From NCBI RefSeq assembly GCF_024502345.1, contig NZ_JALDNN010000001.1: a DNA stretch of 64,000 bases. One strand, 5' to 3'. The stretch is from Escherichia coli. Lineage in GTDB: Bacteria > Pseudomonadota > Gammaproteobacteria > Enterobacterales > Enterobacteriaceae. Shown one piece after another: positions 14,366-26,448 of the stretch (positions are counted from its first letter, which is position 1; every line of letters starts with the position of its first letter). Under the pieces are notes generated by a model. The model saw nothing but the letters and a program-made list of their open reading frames with translations. It did no database searches and was not told where the DNA came from. Made by a program: the position numbers and the translations under genes.

Positions 14366-14441
14366 TGGTGGGTCGTGCAGGATTCGAACCTGCGACCAAT
14401 TGATTAAAAGTCAACTGCTCTACCAACTGAGCTAACGACCC
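14366..14441 (-). tRNA. lysV: tRNA-Lys (anticodon UUU)
   Basis: Reverse complement reads GGGTCGTTAGCTCAGTTGGTAGAGCAGTTGACTTTTAATCAATTGGTCGCAGGTTCGAATCCTGCACGACCCACCA; cloverleaf with CCA end. Confidence 0.97.
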
Positions 14442-14445
14442 GAAG

Positions 14446-14521
14446 TGGTGGGTGATGACGGGATCGAACCGCCGACCCCCTCCTTGTAAGGGAGGTGCTC
14501 TCCCAGCTGAGCTAATCACCC
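14446..14521 (-). tRNA. valY: tRNA-Val (anticodon UAC), copy 1
   Basis: Reverse complement GGGTGATTAGCTCAGCTGGGAGAGCACCTCCCTTACAAGGAGGGGGTCGGCGGTTCGATCCCGTCATCACCCACCA; copy symbols assigned by position. Confidence 0.95.
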
Positions 14522-14567
14522 ACTTCGGTACTTCACATTTTTACAAGAAATTTAGCTGGTGAGAAAG

Positions 14568-14643
14568 TGGTGGGTGATGACGGGATCGAACCGCCGACCC
14601 CCTCCTTGTAAGGGAGGTGCTCTCCCAGCTGAGCTAATCACCC
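14568..14643 (-). tRNA. valX: tRNA-Val (anticodon UAC), copy 2
   Basis: Identical 76-nt tRNA-Val sequence. Confidence 0.95.
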
Positions 14644-14687
14644 ACTTCTCAATTTCTTGCTACACGGCGGAGACTACATAAAGTAGT

Positions 14688-14763
14688 TGGTGGGTGATGA
14701 CGGGATCGAACCGCCGACCCCCTCCTTGTAAGGGAGGTGCTCTCCCAGCTGAGCTAATCACCC
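14688..14763 (-). tRNA. valU: tRNA-Val (anticodon UAC), copy 3
   Basis: Identical 76-nt tRNA-Val sequence; first of the tandem array in transcription order. Confidence 0.95.
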
Positions 14764-15021
14764 CCGCTGTGTGGAGTCGCATTATAGGGAGAGTTCAAAA
14801 TGAGTCAACGCATTTTCTAAAGAAATTGTTCGTTCGTCGTAAATTTAAGCAAGATGATCGCAAAACAGACCGTGTTGCGCAATTTGTCAACGAAAACAAT
14901 AATGCGTAAGGTTGCAACCCGAACTACATTGAGGAATCAGGCGGGAGTGATAGAATATCACCCACTCATTTTTTCCAGGATTTGCCGGTTGTCGGCATCT
15001 TTCTAAACGTAAGGCCATTTC

Positions 15022-16437
15022 ATGAAAATCAAAACTCGCTTCGCGCCAAGCCCAACAGGCTATCTGCACGTTGGCGGCGCGCGTACTGCTCTTTACTCCT
15101 GGCTTTTTGCACGTAATCACGGCGGTGAGTTCGTGCTGCGTATTGAAGACACCGATCTTGAGCGTTCCACGCCGGAAGCTATCGAAGCCATTATGGATGG
15201 CATGAACTGGCTGAGCCTGGAGTGGGATGAAGGTCCGTACTTCCAGACCAAACGTTTTGATCGCTACAACGCGGTGATCGATCAGATGCTGGAAGAGGGC
15301 ACAGCTTATAAATGCTATTGCTCTAAAGAGCGCCTGGAAGCGCTGCGCGAAGAGCAAATGGCGAAAGGTGAGAAGCCGCGTTATGACGGTCGCTGCCGCC
15401 ACAGTCATGAGCATCACGCTGATGATGAGCCGTGTGTCGTACGTTTTGCTAATCCGCAGGAAGGTTCTGTTGTTTTTGACGATCAGATCCGTGGTCCGAT
15501 CGAGTTCAGCAACCAGGAACTGGACGATCTTATTATCCGCCGTACCGATGGTTCCCCAACCTATAACTTCTGTGTGGTTGTCGATGACTGGGATATGGAA
15601 ATCACCCACGTTATCCGTGGCGAAGACCATATCAACAACACGCCACGCCAGATCAACATTCTTAAAGCCCTGAAAGCGCCGGTACCGGTTTACGCGCACG
15701 TTTCTATGATCAACGGCGATGACGGCAAAAAACTGTCCAAACGTCACGGGGCAGTCAGCGTAATGCAGTATCGTGATGACGGTTATTTGCCAGAAGCACT
15801 GCTGAACTATCTGGTGCGTCTGGGCTGGTCCCACGGCGATCAGGAAATCTTCACTCGTGAAGAGATGATCAAATACTTCACTTTGAATGCCGTCAGCAAA
15901 TCTGCCAGTGCGTTCAACACCGACAAGCTGCTGTGGCTGAACCATCACTACATTAACGCGCTGCCGCCGGAGTATGTAGCTACTCACTTACAGTGGCACA
16001 TTGAGCAGGAAAATATCGATACCCGTAACGGCCCGCAGCTGGCTGATCTGGTGAAACTGCTGGGCGAACGCTGCAAGACGCTGAAAGAGATGGCACAGAG
16101 CTGCCGTTATTTCTACGAAGATTTTGCTGAGTTCGATGCCGACGCCGCGAAAAAACATCTGCGTCCGGTAGCGCGTCAGCCGCTGGAAGTAGTTCGTGAC
16201 AAACTGGCCGCGATTACTGACTGGACAGCTGAAAACGTTCATCACGCTATTCAGGCGACGGCGGATGAGCTGGAAGTGGGTATGGGTAAAGTTGGTATGC
16301 CGCTGCGTGTCGCCGTAACCGGTGCGGGGCAGTCTCCGGCACTGGATGTTACCGTTCACGCGATCGGTAAGACACGTAGCATTGAGCGTATCAACAAAGC
16401 GCTGGCCTTTATTGCTGAACGCGAAAACCAGCAGTAA
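15022..16437 (+). CDS. gltX: glutamyl-tRNA synthetase
   Basis: 471 aa; class I HIGH motif ([15 protein letters not shown]) and KMSKS-type motif (KLSKRHG). Confidence 0.97.
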
Positions 16438-16454
16438 TTAGCGTGTAAAAAGAT

Positions 16455-16487
16455 AAACGGCAGGAGATAATATCCTGCCGTTTTTTA
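16455..16487 (+). terminator. rho-independent terminator after gltX
   Basis: aaacggcaggagataatatcctgccgttttttatt hairpin plus T-run. Confidence 0.75.
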
Positions 16488-16488
16488 T

Positions 16489-16881
16489 TTATGCTGATTC
16501 GTCAATATCGAGACGGGCGAGGAAATTGCGAATTCCTTCACGTGACAAAAATTGCGCGACTTTTTCCTGCTCAATGTCTGTCATATTATCTATCGCGTTG
16601 ATGATTTGTCGATACGCCGGGGCGCGTGCTCCAGGAGCGTATTTAGCAATTCTCTCTTCAGCTTCCATCAACATTGGTGTGTTATGGAACGCAGGCGTGT
16701 TCTGAATAAACTCGCAAACTTGCGTATCGACCAGAATAAGTCTGGCACGACCGCCTTTCACGCCGGGAAATTTTTCCGTTTTCCAGCCTGTTTCTCTGAT
16801 CCAACGGTTAACAGTTTGTTTAGCCACACCGAGGCATTCAGCCAGTTCTTCGGTGGTCATTTTATTGCGTAATCTTTTCAT
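16489..16881 (-). CDS. yfeD: putative HTH DNA-binding protein YfeD
   Basis: 130-aa ORF; N-terminal HTH-like segment (TTEELAECLGVAKQTVNRWIRETGW); paralogous to the adjacent yfeC. Confidence 0.85.
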   Translation of the reverse strand: MKRLRNKMTTEELAECLGVAKQTVNRWIRETGWKTEKFPGVKGGRARLILVDTQVCEFIQNTPAFHNTPMLMEAEERIAKYAPGARAPAYRQIINAIDNMTDIEQEKVAQFLSREGIRNFLARLDIDESA

Positions 16882-16882
16882 A

Positions 16883-17227
16883 TTATTTGCTATCGCGAAT
16901 CCCTAAGCGTTGTAACAATCCGATAATCCCTTCCCGCAGAAGCAAGGATGTAAACTGTTTTTGTTCAACTGGCGTCATCTCTTTCGCCAGTGTCACCAGC
17001 AATACTTCAAGCGGCGCATCACCAGAAAGGGCAGGCGCTTCTCCCTGACCTTCTGGACGTTCAGCATTACGAATATATTCACGAACCTGTTCATTGACGT
17101 GAACCAGTCGGGCTTTGCCACCCTGGACGCCTGGTTTTGGTGACGTCGTCCAGCCTTCCTTGCGTACCCATTTATTAATGGTCTGGCGGCTATAGCCGGT
17201 CAGTCTGGCAAGTTCATCTGGCGTCAT
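16883..17227 (-). CDS. yfeC: putative HTH DNA-binding protein YfeC
   Basis: Start MTPDELARLTGYSRQTINKWVRKEGW; the ORF track begins 5 codons upstream at 17242. Clear paralog of yfeD. Confidence 0.82.
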   Translation of the reverse strand: MTPDELARLTGYSRQTINKWVRKEGWTTSPKPGVQGGKARLVHVNEQVREYIRNAERPEGQGEAPALSGDAPLEVLLVTLAKEMTPVEQKQFTSLLLREGIIGLLQRLGIRDSK

Positions 17228-17462
17228 CCTCTCCTTGAACATAACAATTCCCTGAATGTATGTGGGTCTATTAGTAGTTCATTTTATAGCACCACTTTAC
17301 AGGAAACCGTGACATGAATAACTACTGAATGCGAGCGGTTTTCCAAAATTGTTCATTTGCCTGATTTTTCAGCGATTGAAACTACACGCTGCAATTTGCC
17401 GTTGACACATTCGGGCGGAATTCATATGATGCCGCCCGTCAACTCGACAAGCTTTACGTGAC

Positions 17463-17538
<76 letters not shown>

Positions 17539-17566
17539 AATTTTGCACCCAGCAAATTTGGTACGT

Positions 17567-17642
<76 letters not shown>

Positions 17643-17654
17643 TAGCTCCACCAA

Positions 17655-17682
17655 ATTTCCAACCCTCGCTGCAAAGCGGGGG
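17655..17682 (+). terminator. rho-independent terminator after the tRNA-Ala pair
   Basis: ccctcgctgcaaagcgggggttttttg. Confidence 0.7.
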
Positions 17683-17860
17683 TTTTTTGTCTCTGCTTTT
17701 TGCCGCTTTTGTAATACAGTCTACGTCCGGGTTAGTGCCGCCTGGTGAAAGCATCATTGGATGAAAAATCGGCAACAGGCTGGCCCCTGTTTGCTTCGCG
17801 ATGCGAATAAACTTATTATTTGTGTGCCTGAAAACCCCGATCAGTGAGAGTAGTGTACTC

Positions 17861-20050
17861 ATGTTTGTGGAGCATAACCTGATAAAAAATATCAAGATAT
17901 TCACACTAGCGTTTACGCTCACCGTGGTACTTATTCAGCTATCCCGTTTTATTTCGCCACTTGCCATTATCCATTCCAGTTATATCTTTCTGGCGTGGAT
18001 GCCACTGTGCGTAATGCTGTCAATCTTGTTTATCTTTGGCTGGCGCGGTGTCGTTCCCGTTTTATGCGGGATGTTTTGCACCAATCTGTGGAACTTTCAT
18101 CTCTCTTTTTTACAGACTGCGGTCATGCTCGGCAGCCAGACGTTTGTCGTGTTGTGTGCCTGCGCAATATTACGCTGGCAGCTGGGGACGCGTTGGCGTT
18201 ATGGATTGACCAGCCGATATGTCTGGCAACGTCTGTTCTGGCTTGGTTTGGTGACGCCGATCGGCATCAAATGCAGCATGTATCTTGTGGGGAGCTTCTT
18301 TGATTTCCCGCTAAAGATATCCACCTTTTTCGGCGATGCGGATGCCATTTTCACGGTCGTTGATTTGCTAAGCCTTTTCACCGCTGTGCTGATTTACAAC
18401 ATGCTTTTCTACTATCTCACTCGCATGATTGTAAGTCCCCACTTTGCGCAGATATTGTGGCGCAGGGATATCGCTCCGTCGTTGGGCAAAGAGAAACGCG
18501 CATTTACCTTAAGCTGGCTGGCAGCGTTAAGCGTGCTGCTACTTCTGTTGTGCACACCTTATGAAAACGACTTTATTGCCGGTTACCTGGTACCCGTTTT
18601 CTTCATCATCTTTACCCTCGGGGTCGGTAAGCTTCGCTATCCGTTTTTAAATCTCACTTGGGCTGTTTCAACGCTTTGCCTGCTGAATTACAACCAGAAC
18701 TTTTTGCAAGGGGTGGAAACGGAATATTCGCTGGCATTTATTCTCGCGGTGCTGATTTCCTTTAGCGTTTGCCTGCTCTATATGGTGCGCATTTATCATC
18801 GCAGTGAATGGCTTAATCGCCGCTGGCATTTGCAGGCGCTGACCGATCCGTTAACGCTCCTACCCAACTTTCGTGCGTTGGAACAAGCACCGGAGCAAGA
18901 GGTGGGCAAGAGTTTTTGCTGCCTGCGCATTGATAATCTTGAGTTTATGAGTCGTCATTACGGCTTAATGATGCGCGTTCACTGTATCCGCTCAATTTAC
19001 CGTACGCTGCTGCCGTTGATGCAGGAAAACGAAAAGTTGTATCAATTGCCGGGTAGTGAACTGCTGTTAGTGCTGAGCGGGCCGGAAACGGAAGGGCGAC
19101 TCCAGCATATGGTTAACATCCTGAATAGTCGGCAAATTCACTGGAACAATACCGGGCTGGATATGGGCTATGGTGCTGCCTGGGGGCGTTTTGATGGAAA
19201 TCAGGAAACCCTGCAACCCTTGTTGGGGCAGTTAAGCTGGCTGGCGGAGCAATCCTGCGCACATCATCATGTGCTGGCGCTGGATAGCCGAGAGGAGATG
19301 GTTTCCGGGCAGACCACTAAACAAGTGCTATTGCTGAATACCATTCGCACGGCGTTAGATCAGGGGGATTTGCTGCTCTACGCCCAGCCAATTCGCAACA
19401 AAGAGGGTGAAGGTTATGATGAGATCCTCGCGCGACTGAAATATGACGGCGGCATTATGACCCCGGATAAGTTTCTGCCCCTTATTGCTCAGTTTAACCT
19501 TAGCGCGCGTTTTGATTTGCAAGTGCTGGAGTCCTTGTTGAAGTGGCTGGCAACACACCCTTGCGACAAAAAAGGCCCGCGCTTTTCAGTTAATTTAATG
19601 CCGCTCACGCTGCTGCAAAAGAATATTGCCGGGCGGATTATTCGTCTATTTAAGCGTTATCACATCTCCCCGCAGGCGGTCATTCTTGAGATCACCGAGG
19701 AGCAGGCGTTTTCTAACGCAGAAAGCAGCATGTACAACATCGAGCAGCTGCATAAGTTTGGTTTCCGGATTGCGATTGATGACTTTGGCACCGGCTATGC
19801 CAACTACGAACGGTTAAAGCGTTTGCAGGCTGATATCATCAAAATTGATGGCGTCTTTGTGAAAGATATTGTCACGAATACGCTGGATGCGATGATTGTG
19901 AGATCAATTACCGATCTGGCGAAAGCGAAGTCATTGAGTGTGGTCGCGGAGTTTGTCGAGACGCAACAGCAACAGGCGCTATTGCATAAGCTCGGGGTGC
20001 AATATCTGCAAGGGTATTTGATTGGTCGCCCGCAGCCATTAGCTGATTAA
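17861..20050 (+). CDS. pdeA: c-di-GMP phosphodiesterase with N-terminal membrane sensor domain and C-terminal EAL domain, YfeA/PdeA
   Basis: Multiple N-terminal transmembrane helices and C-terminal EAL-type region (…ILEITEEQAF…, …DDFGTGYANYERLKRL…); start MFVEHNL chosen over the upstream ATG at 17801. Confidence 0.88.
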   Translation: MFVEHNLIKNIKIFTLAFTLTVVLIQLSRFISPLAIIHSSYIFLAWMPLCVMLSILFIFGWRGVVPVLCGMFCTNLWNFHLSFLQTAVMLGSQTFVVLCACAILRWQLGTRWRYGLTSRYVWQRLFWLGLVTPIGIKCSMYLVGSFFDFPLKISTFFGDADAIFTVVDLLSLFTAVLIYNMLFYYLTRMIVSPHFAQILWRRDIAPSLGKEKRAFTLSWLAALSVLLLLLCTPYENDFIAGYLVPVFFIIFTLGVGKLRYPFLNLTWAVSTLCLLNYNQNFLQGVETEYSLAFILAVLISFSVCLLYMVRIYHRSEWLNRRWHLQALTDPLTLLPNFRALEQAPEQEVGKSFCCLRIDNLEFMSRHYGLMMRVHCIRSIYRTLLPLMQENEKLYQLPGSELLLVLSGPETEGRLQHMVNILNSRQIHWNNTGLDMGYGAAWGRFDGNQETLQPLLGQLSWLAEQSCAHHHVLALDSREEMVSGQTTKQVLLLNTIRTALDQGDLLLYAQPIRNKEGEGYDEILARLKYDGGIMTPDKFLPLIAQFNLSARFDLQVLESLLKWLATHPCDKKGPRFSVNLMPLTLLQKNIAGRIIRLFKRYHISPQAVILEITEEQAFSNAESSMYNIEQLHKFGFRIAIDDFGTGYANYERLKRLQADIIKIDGVFVKDIVTNTLDAMIVRSITDLAKAKSLSVVAEFVETQQQQALLHKLGVQYLQGYLIGRPQPLAD

Positions 20051-20058
20051 CAGGCGTA

Positions 20059-20091
20059 AAAAACCGGGGAATTATCCCCGGCTTTTTTATG
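20059..20091. terminator. bidirectional terminator between convergent pdeA and nupC
   Basis: aaaaaccggggaattatccccggctttttt. Confidence 0.75.
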
Positions 20092-20098
20092 TATGGTC

Positions 20099-21301
20099 TT
20101 ACAGCACCAGTGCTGCGATTGACGCAGACAGCACACTCACCAGGGTAGAGCCGTAAACCAGTTTCAGACCGAAGCGAGAAACCACATTACCTTGCTCTTC
20201 ATTCAGGCCTTTAACTGCACCTGCGATAATCCCGATTGAAGAGAAGTTAGCGAAGGAAACCAGGAACACAGAGATGATGCCTTCAGCACGCGGAGAGAGC
20301 GTGGAAGCAATTTTCTGCAGATCCATCATCGCAACGAACTCGTTAGAAACCAGTTTGGTCGCCATGATACTGCCCACTTGCAGTGCTTCGCTGGACGGAA
20401 CACCCATCACCCATGCAATCGGATAGAAGATGTAGCCCAGGATGCCCTGGAAGGAGATGCTGTAGCCAAACCAGCCAGTCACGGTGGCAAACAGTGCGTT
20501 CAGCGCGGCGATCAGGGCGATAAAGCCAATCAGCATTGCGGCAACGATAATGGCAACTTTGAAACCTGCCAGAATGTATTCACCCAGCATTTCGAAGAAG
20601 CTCTGACCTTCGTGCAGGTTGGACATCTGAATGTTTTCTTCACTGGCATCAACACGGTAAGGGTTGATCAGCGACAGCACGATAAAGGTGCTGAACATAT
20701 TCAGTACCAGCGCTGCAACGACATATTTCGGCTCCAGCATGGTCATGTATGCACCAACGATGGACATCGACACGGTGGACATCGCCGTTGCTGCCATGGT
20801 GTACATACGATTACGGGAGATTTTGCCGAGGATATCTTTATAGGCAATAAAGTTTTCAGACTGACCCAGAATCAGGGAGCTGACGGCGTTAAAGGATTCC
20901 AGTTTGCCCATGCCGTTGACTTTGGAGAGCAGGAAACCAATTGCGCGGATAATCACCGGCAACACGCGAATGTGCTGGAGAATACCGATCAGTGCAGAGA
21001 TAAAGACGATTGGGCACAGCACTTTCAGGAAGAAGAATGCCAGGCCTTGATCATTCATGCTACCAAAGACGAAGTTAGTCCCTTCGTTGGCAAATCCGAG
21101 CAGTTTTTCGAACATTTCGGAGAAGCCTTTCACGAAGCCTAAACCAACGTCGGAGTTCAGGAAGAACCACGCCAGTAACACTTCGATAACAAGCAGTTGA
21201 ATAACATAACGGATACGAATTTTTTTGCGGTCGCTGCTTACCAGCAGTGCGAGAATCGCAACAACGGCAAGTGCCAGTACAAAATGAAGGACGCGGTCCA
21301 T
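20099..21301 (-). CDS. nupC: nucleoside:H+ symporter NupC
   Basis: 400-aa product starting [20 protein letters not shown]; concentrative nucleoside transporter family. Confidence 0.95.
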
Positions 21302-21627
21302 ATTTGCTCCAAATATGAGGCAGGTTAAATTTCCGTGCACATTCTATGTAACATGGTTAAGGAAAACGAGATCTGACACACACTATAATGACGTCCTGTG
21401 ACAAGCTTCAAAAATAGTGAGCTGTCATACATTTCTGCTATGTTGTGTATGGAAGCTGAAAGTTATGTAAATGTGCTAACATTAAACATAACCATAACAT
21501 TCAAGTCATCAATCTTTTCGTAGTCATAATCCTGGTCTATCAGAGAAATCACCACAATCCATTTAAATGTATTTGATAATCATTCTCGTTTGACATAGCA
21601 TGAAACATAGCAAAGGCTATGTTTTAG

Positions 21628-22875
<1,248 letters not shown>

Positions 22876-22879
22876 TTGA

Positions 22880-22995
<116 letters not shown>

Positions 22996-23015
22996 TGCTC
23001 CATTGGCGAATGTGT

Positions 23016-23342
23016 TTAATGGCGGTGTCCATGTCCGCGGCCTTTTCCGCGATGATCGTCACGATCGCGCCAGCCTTCACGATAGCCACGCTCATACGCT
23101 TTACGCTTATCCCAGCCACGATGATAGCCATTATCATGACGCCACCAGCGGTTTTTGCGCCACTCATAATTGCGATGCCAGTAATCACGATCTCGCCAGT
23201 GACCACCGTCCCAGTAATTACCGTAATGATCGCGATCGCCAATTTGTAATTTGATTGATGGCAGTAGGGTGATTTCACCTGCGTTTGCTGCAAGCGGGGT
23301 AAATGCCATCAGGGCGGCCGCCAGAAACAGTGACCTGAACAT
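23016..23342 (-). CDS. ypeC: secreted basic His/Arg/Trp-rich protein YpeC
   Basis: 108-aa ORF with signal peptide ([21 protein letters not shown]) and repetitive W/R/D/H-rich mature part. Confidence 0.8.
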
Positions 23343-23456
23343 TGTTATTCTCCTTCACGATCGAAGCCGTCAGCGGCCTGTTAACGCAATATTACGGGGA
23401 GGTAAAGCCCCGTATCATCGCCATAACTCTTAAATCATAAAGGAGAGCATTTTTTG

Positions 23457-24713
23457 CTAAACGTTATCGTGGGGGGGCTGTTGCTTCGGACGATTGACCA
23501 TCATCATCGGCTTACCTGCTAATAACAGCCATGCCGGAAGCATGACGATACAGAGCAGCGGTAGCAATGTGGTATTGGGTACAACGACTGCCGCCATAAA
23601 AAGGCTTAACCAGCCATCGCGTGTTACCACCAGCACGATGCCGAGAATAGCGCAGGAAACGGTTATTGCCGCTGGAACGGCGGGGACGAGCTCATGCAGC
23701 ATCAACCCTAATGCCACGCCGACGAACACTGCCGGGAAAATTCGTCCACCGCGAAAGCCACTGGCGGCAGCAACGACCAGGGCGGTAAGTTTAATCACCG
23801 CCAGCAAAAAGTAATCGCTGGTGCTGAAAGCCTGATTTGCCACCATCTGCTGCATCTCATCCAGTCCTTTAAACAGCGAAACCGGCCCACCAATAACCCC
23901 CAGAATACCGAGAATAAATCCGCCAATACCCAGCACGAGCACCGGATTTTTCATTTGATGCATCATCGCGTGCAACCGTGGTAAGCACCATACGGCGACC
24001 ATCCCTGCTGCGATGGCAATCGCCGCGACAATTGCACCGCTGAGAATATCGGTCATTTCCATCTGTCCGTAATGCGCAATGGGCAGTGAAAAATGGGGAT
24101 GGAAAAATAATCCGGTAGTAAGTGCACCAGCTGCTGCCGCCATTAACGGCGCAAAAAGACGATCCCATAGCGGAACTTCACTACTGCCATTTAAGGTTTG
24201 CGAAAATATCAACGCCGCCGCAACAGGTGTACCAAACAGCGCGCCGATGGTTCCGGCAGAGGCTAAAATAGTCCACTCCATTCGGTTGACGCGCGGTAAC
24301 AGACGAGCGCCAATGGCAACCGCAAGGGCGATATTGACGGTCATGATCGGATGTTCCGGCCCCAGGCTGACGCCGCCAGCAAGACCGAGAATTAATGCTA
24401 CGATAAGTCCAGGTAGCGCAGAGGGCGGAACCGGTGCGCCGATCAGCGGTTCACAGGCGGGGTCTGGTCCGGCATGACCCTGGCTGAAACGGATAACCAA
24501 CCCCACCGCAATACCCGTTAGCGTTAATACACCGATGATCCAGAGGGGTGAATCCTGGGCTATCCCCAGAGTTCCCGGCAGTCGTTGCCAGAGCAAATTC
24601 TGTAATACCGAGGCGATTTTCATCACCACAATCAGAATAAGACTGGACGCAATCCCAATTGCCACGGCGGGGAGCGATAATAACAACATGGTTCTGGCTC
24701 GCGGATGGAGCAT
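23457..24713 (-). CDS. yfeO: ClC-like ion-channel family membrane protein YfeO
   Basis: 418-aa polytopic membrane protein with glycine-rich helix-cap motifs; conserved next to glk. Confidence 0.88.
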   Translation of the reverse strand: MLHPRARTMLLLSLPAVAIGIASSLILIVVMKIASVLQNLLWQRLPGTLGIAQDSPLWIIGVLTLTGIAVGLVIRFSQGHAGPDPACEPLIGAPVPPSALPGLIVALILGLAGGVSLGPEHPIMTVNIALAVAIGARLLPRVNRMEWTILASAGTIGALFGTPVAAALIFSQTLNGSSEVPLWDRLFAPLMAAAAGALTTGLFFHPHFSLPIAHYGQMEMTDILSGAIVAAIAIAAGMVAVWCLPRLHAMMHQMKNPVLVLGIGGFILGILGVIGGPVSLFKGLDEMQQMVANQAFSTSDYFLLAVIKLTALVVAAASGFRGGRIFPAVFVGVALGLMLHELVPAVPAAITVSCAILGIVLVVTRDGWLSLFMAAVVVPNTTLLPLLCIVMLPAWLLLAGKPMMMVNRPKQQPPHDNV

Positions 24714-24916
24714 GTTCTATTCCTTATGCGGGGTCAGATACTTAGTTTGCCCAGCTTGCAAAAAGGCATCGCTGCAATTGGTGCTGAAACGATAAAGTAA
24801 TTGTGTGACCCAGATCGATATTTACAGGGAGCCTGCCTTTCCGGCGTTGTTGTTATGCCCCCAGGTATTTACAGTGTGAGAAAGAATTATTTTGACTTTA
24901 GCGGAGCAGTTGAAGA

Positions 24917-25882
24917 ATGACAAAGTATGCATTAGTCGGTGATGTGGGCGGCACCAACGCACGTCTTGCTCTGTGTGATATTGCCAGTGGTGAAATCTCG
25001 CAGGCTAAGACCTATTCAGGGCTTGATTACCCCAGCCTCGAAGCGGTCATTCGCGTTTATCTTGAAGAACATAAGGTCGAGGTGAAAGACGGCTGTATTG
25101 CCATCGCTTGCCCAATTACCGGTGACTGGGTGGCAATGACCAACCATACCTGGGCGTTCTCAATTGCCGAAATGAAAAAGAATCTCGGTTTTAGCCATCT
25201 GGAAATTATTAACGATTTTACCGCTGTATCGATGGCGATCCCGATGCTGAAAAAAGAGCATCTGATTCAGTTTGGTGGCGCAGAACCGGTAGAAGGTAAG
25301 CCTATTGCGGTTTACGGTGCCGGAACGGGGCTTGGGGTTGCGCATCTGGTCCATGTCGATAAGCGTTGGGTAAGCTTGCCGGGCGAAGGCGGTCACGTTG
25401 ATTTTGCGCCGAATAGTGAAGAAGAGGCCATTATCCTCGAAATATTGCGTGCGGAAATTGGCCATGTTTCGGCGGAACGCGTGCTTTCTGGCCCTGGGCT
25501 GGTGAATTTGTATCGCGCAATTGTGAAAGCTGACAACCGCCTGCCAGAAAATCTCAAGCCAAAAGATATTACCGAACGCGCGCTGGCTGACAGCTGCACC
25601 GATTGCCGCCGTGCGTTGTCGCTGTTTTGCGTCATTATGGGCCGTTTTGGCGGCAATCTGGCGCTCAATCTCGGGACATTTGGCGGCGTGTTTATTGCAG
25701 GCGGTATCGTGCCGCGCTTCCTTGAGTTCTTCAAAGCCTCTGGTTTCCGTGCCGCATTTGAAGATAAAGGGCGCTTTAAAGAATATGTCCATGATATTCC
25801 GGTGTATCTCATCGTCCATGACAATCCGGGTCTTCTCGGTTCCGGTGCACATTTACGCCAGACCTTAGGTCACATTCTGTAA
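24917..25882 (+). CDS. glk: glucokinase
   Basis: 321 aa; N-terminal ATP-binding motif [14 protein letters not shown]. Confidence 0.97.
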   Translation: MTKYALVGDVGGTNARLALCDIASGEISQAKTYSGLDYPSLEAVIRVYLEEHKVEVKDGCIAIACPITGDWVAMTNHTWAFSIAEMKKNLGFSHLEIINDFTAVSMAIPMLKKEHLIQFGGAEPVEGKPIAVYGAGTGLGVAHLVHVDKRWVSLPGEGGHVDFAPNSEEEAIILEILRAEIGHVSAERVLSGPGLVNLYRAIVKADNRLPENLKPKDITERALADSCTDCRRALSLFCVIMGRFGGNLALNLGTFGGVFIAGGIVPRFLEFFKASGFRAAFEDKGRFKEYVHDIPVYLIVHDNPGLLGSGAHLRQTLGHIL

Positions 25883-26100
25883 ATCCTTCCTGTTATATCG
25901 GGAGGTAACTCTCCCGATAATCTTTTAAATCATACAGTTAATTCAATTTTTCTTTGTGTCCCCTCACAAGGCCGACCTGCGTCACACTTCCGTACAGCGG
26001 GATTAATTCTCCAGTAAATGCATTATTTGTCTGGTAACGGCGATTTGTTTTGCACGTTCATAATTTCACTCGTCAACTATCACTGAACGAGGAATTAACG

Positions 26101-26427
26101 ATGAGTAAGAAACTGATTGCCTTATGTGCCTGCCCAATGGGCCTGGCTCACACTTTTATGGCCGCTCAGGCGCTGGAAGAAGCGGCGGTAGAAGCCGGTT
26201 ATGAAGTGAAAATTGAAACCCAGGGCGCGGACGGTATCCAGAATCGCCTGACGGCGCAGGATATCGCCGAAGCGACCATCATCATCCACTCCGTGGCAGT
26301 TACCCCGGAAGATAACGAACGTTTCGAATCACGCGACGTTTATGAAATCACTTTGCAGGACGCAATTAAAAACGCTGCGGGCATCATCAAAGAAATCGAA
26401 GAGATGATTGCCTCTGAACAACAGTAA
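26101..26427 (+). CDS. fryB: PTS fructose-like EIIB component
   Basis: 108-aa product with phosphorylatable Cys motif (LCACPMGLAHTFMAA); the ORF-track start at 26050 is upstream of the RBS-supported ATG. Confidence 0.9.
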   Translation: MSKKLIALCACPMGLAHTFMAAQALEEAAVEAGYEVKIETQGADGIQNRLTAQDIAEATIIIHSVAVTPEDNERFESRDVYEITLQDAIKNAAGIIKEIEEMIASEQQ

Positions 26428-26448
26428 TATTCGACAGGGATAATTGTT

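Noticed and set aside
14094-14519. 141-aa minus-strand ORF
   Set aside because: Spans tRNA-Lys, the first tRNA-Val and the duplicated terminator; an artefact of the tRNA region.
14444-14770. Possible CRISPR-like array (three identical 76-bp units with about 45-bp spacers)
   Set aside because: The repeated units are complete tRNA-Val genes with cloverleaf structure and CCA ends, not CRISPR repeats.
14887-15987. 366-aa ORF on the minus strand
   Set aside because: Lies entirely antisense within gltX, which has class I synthetase motifs; no RBS or homology support, so it is a shadow ORF.
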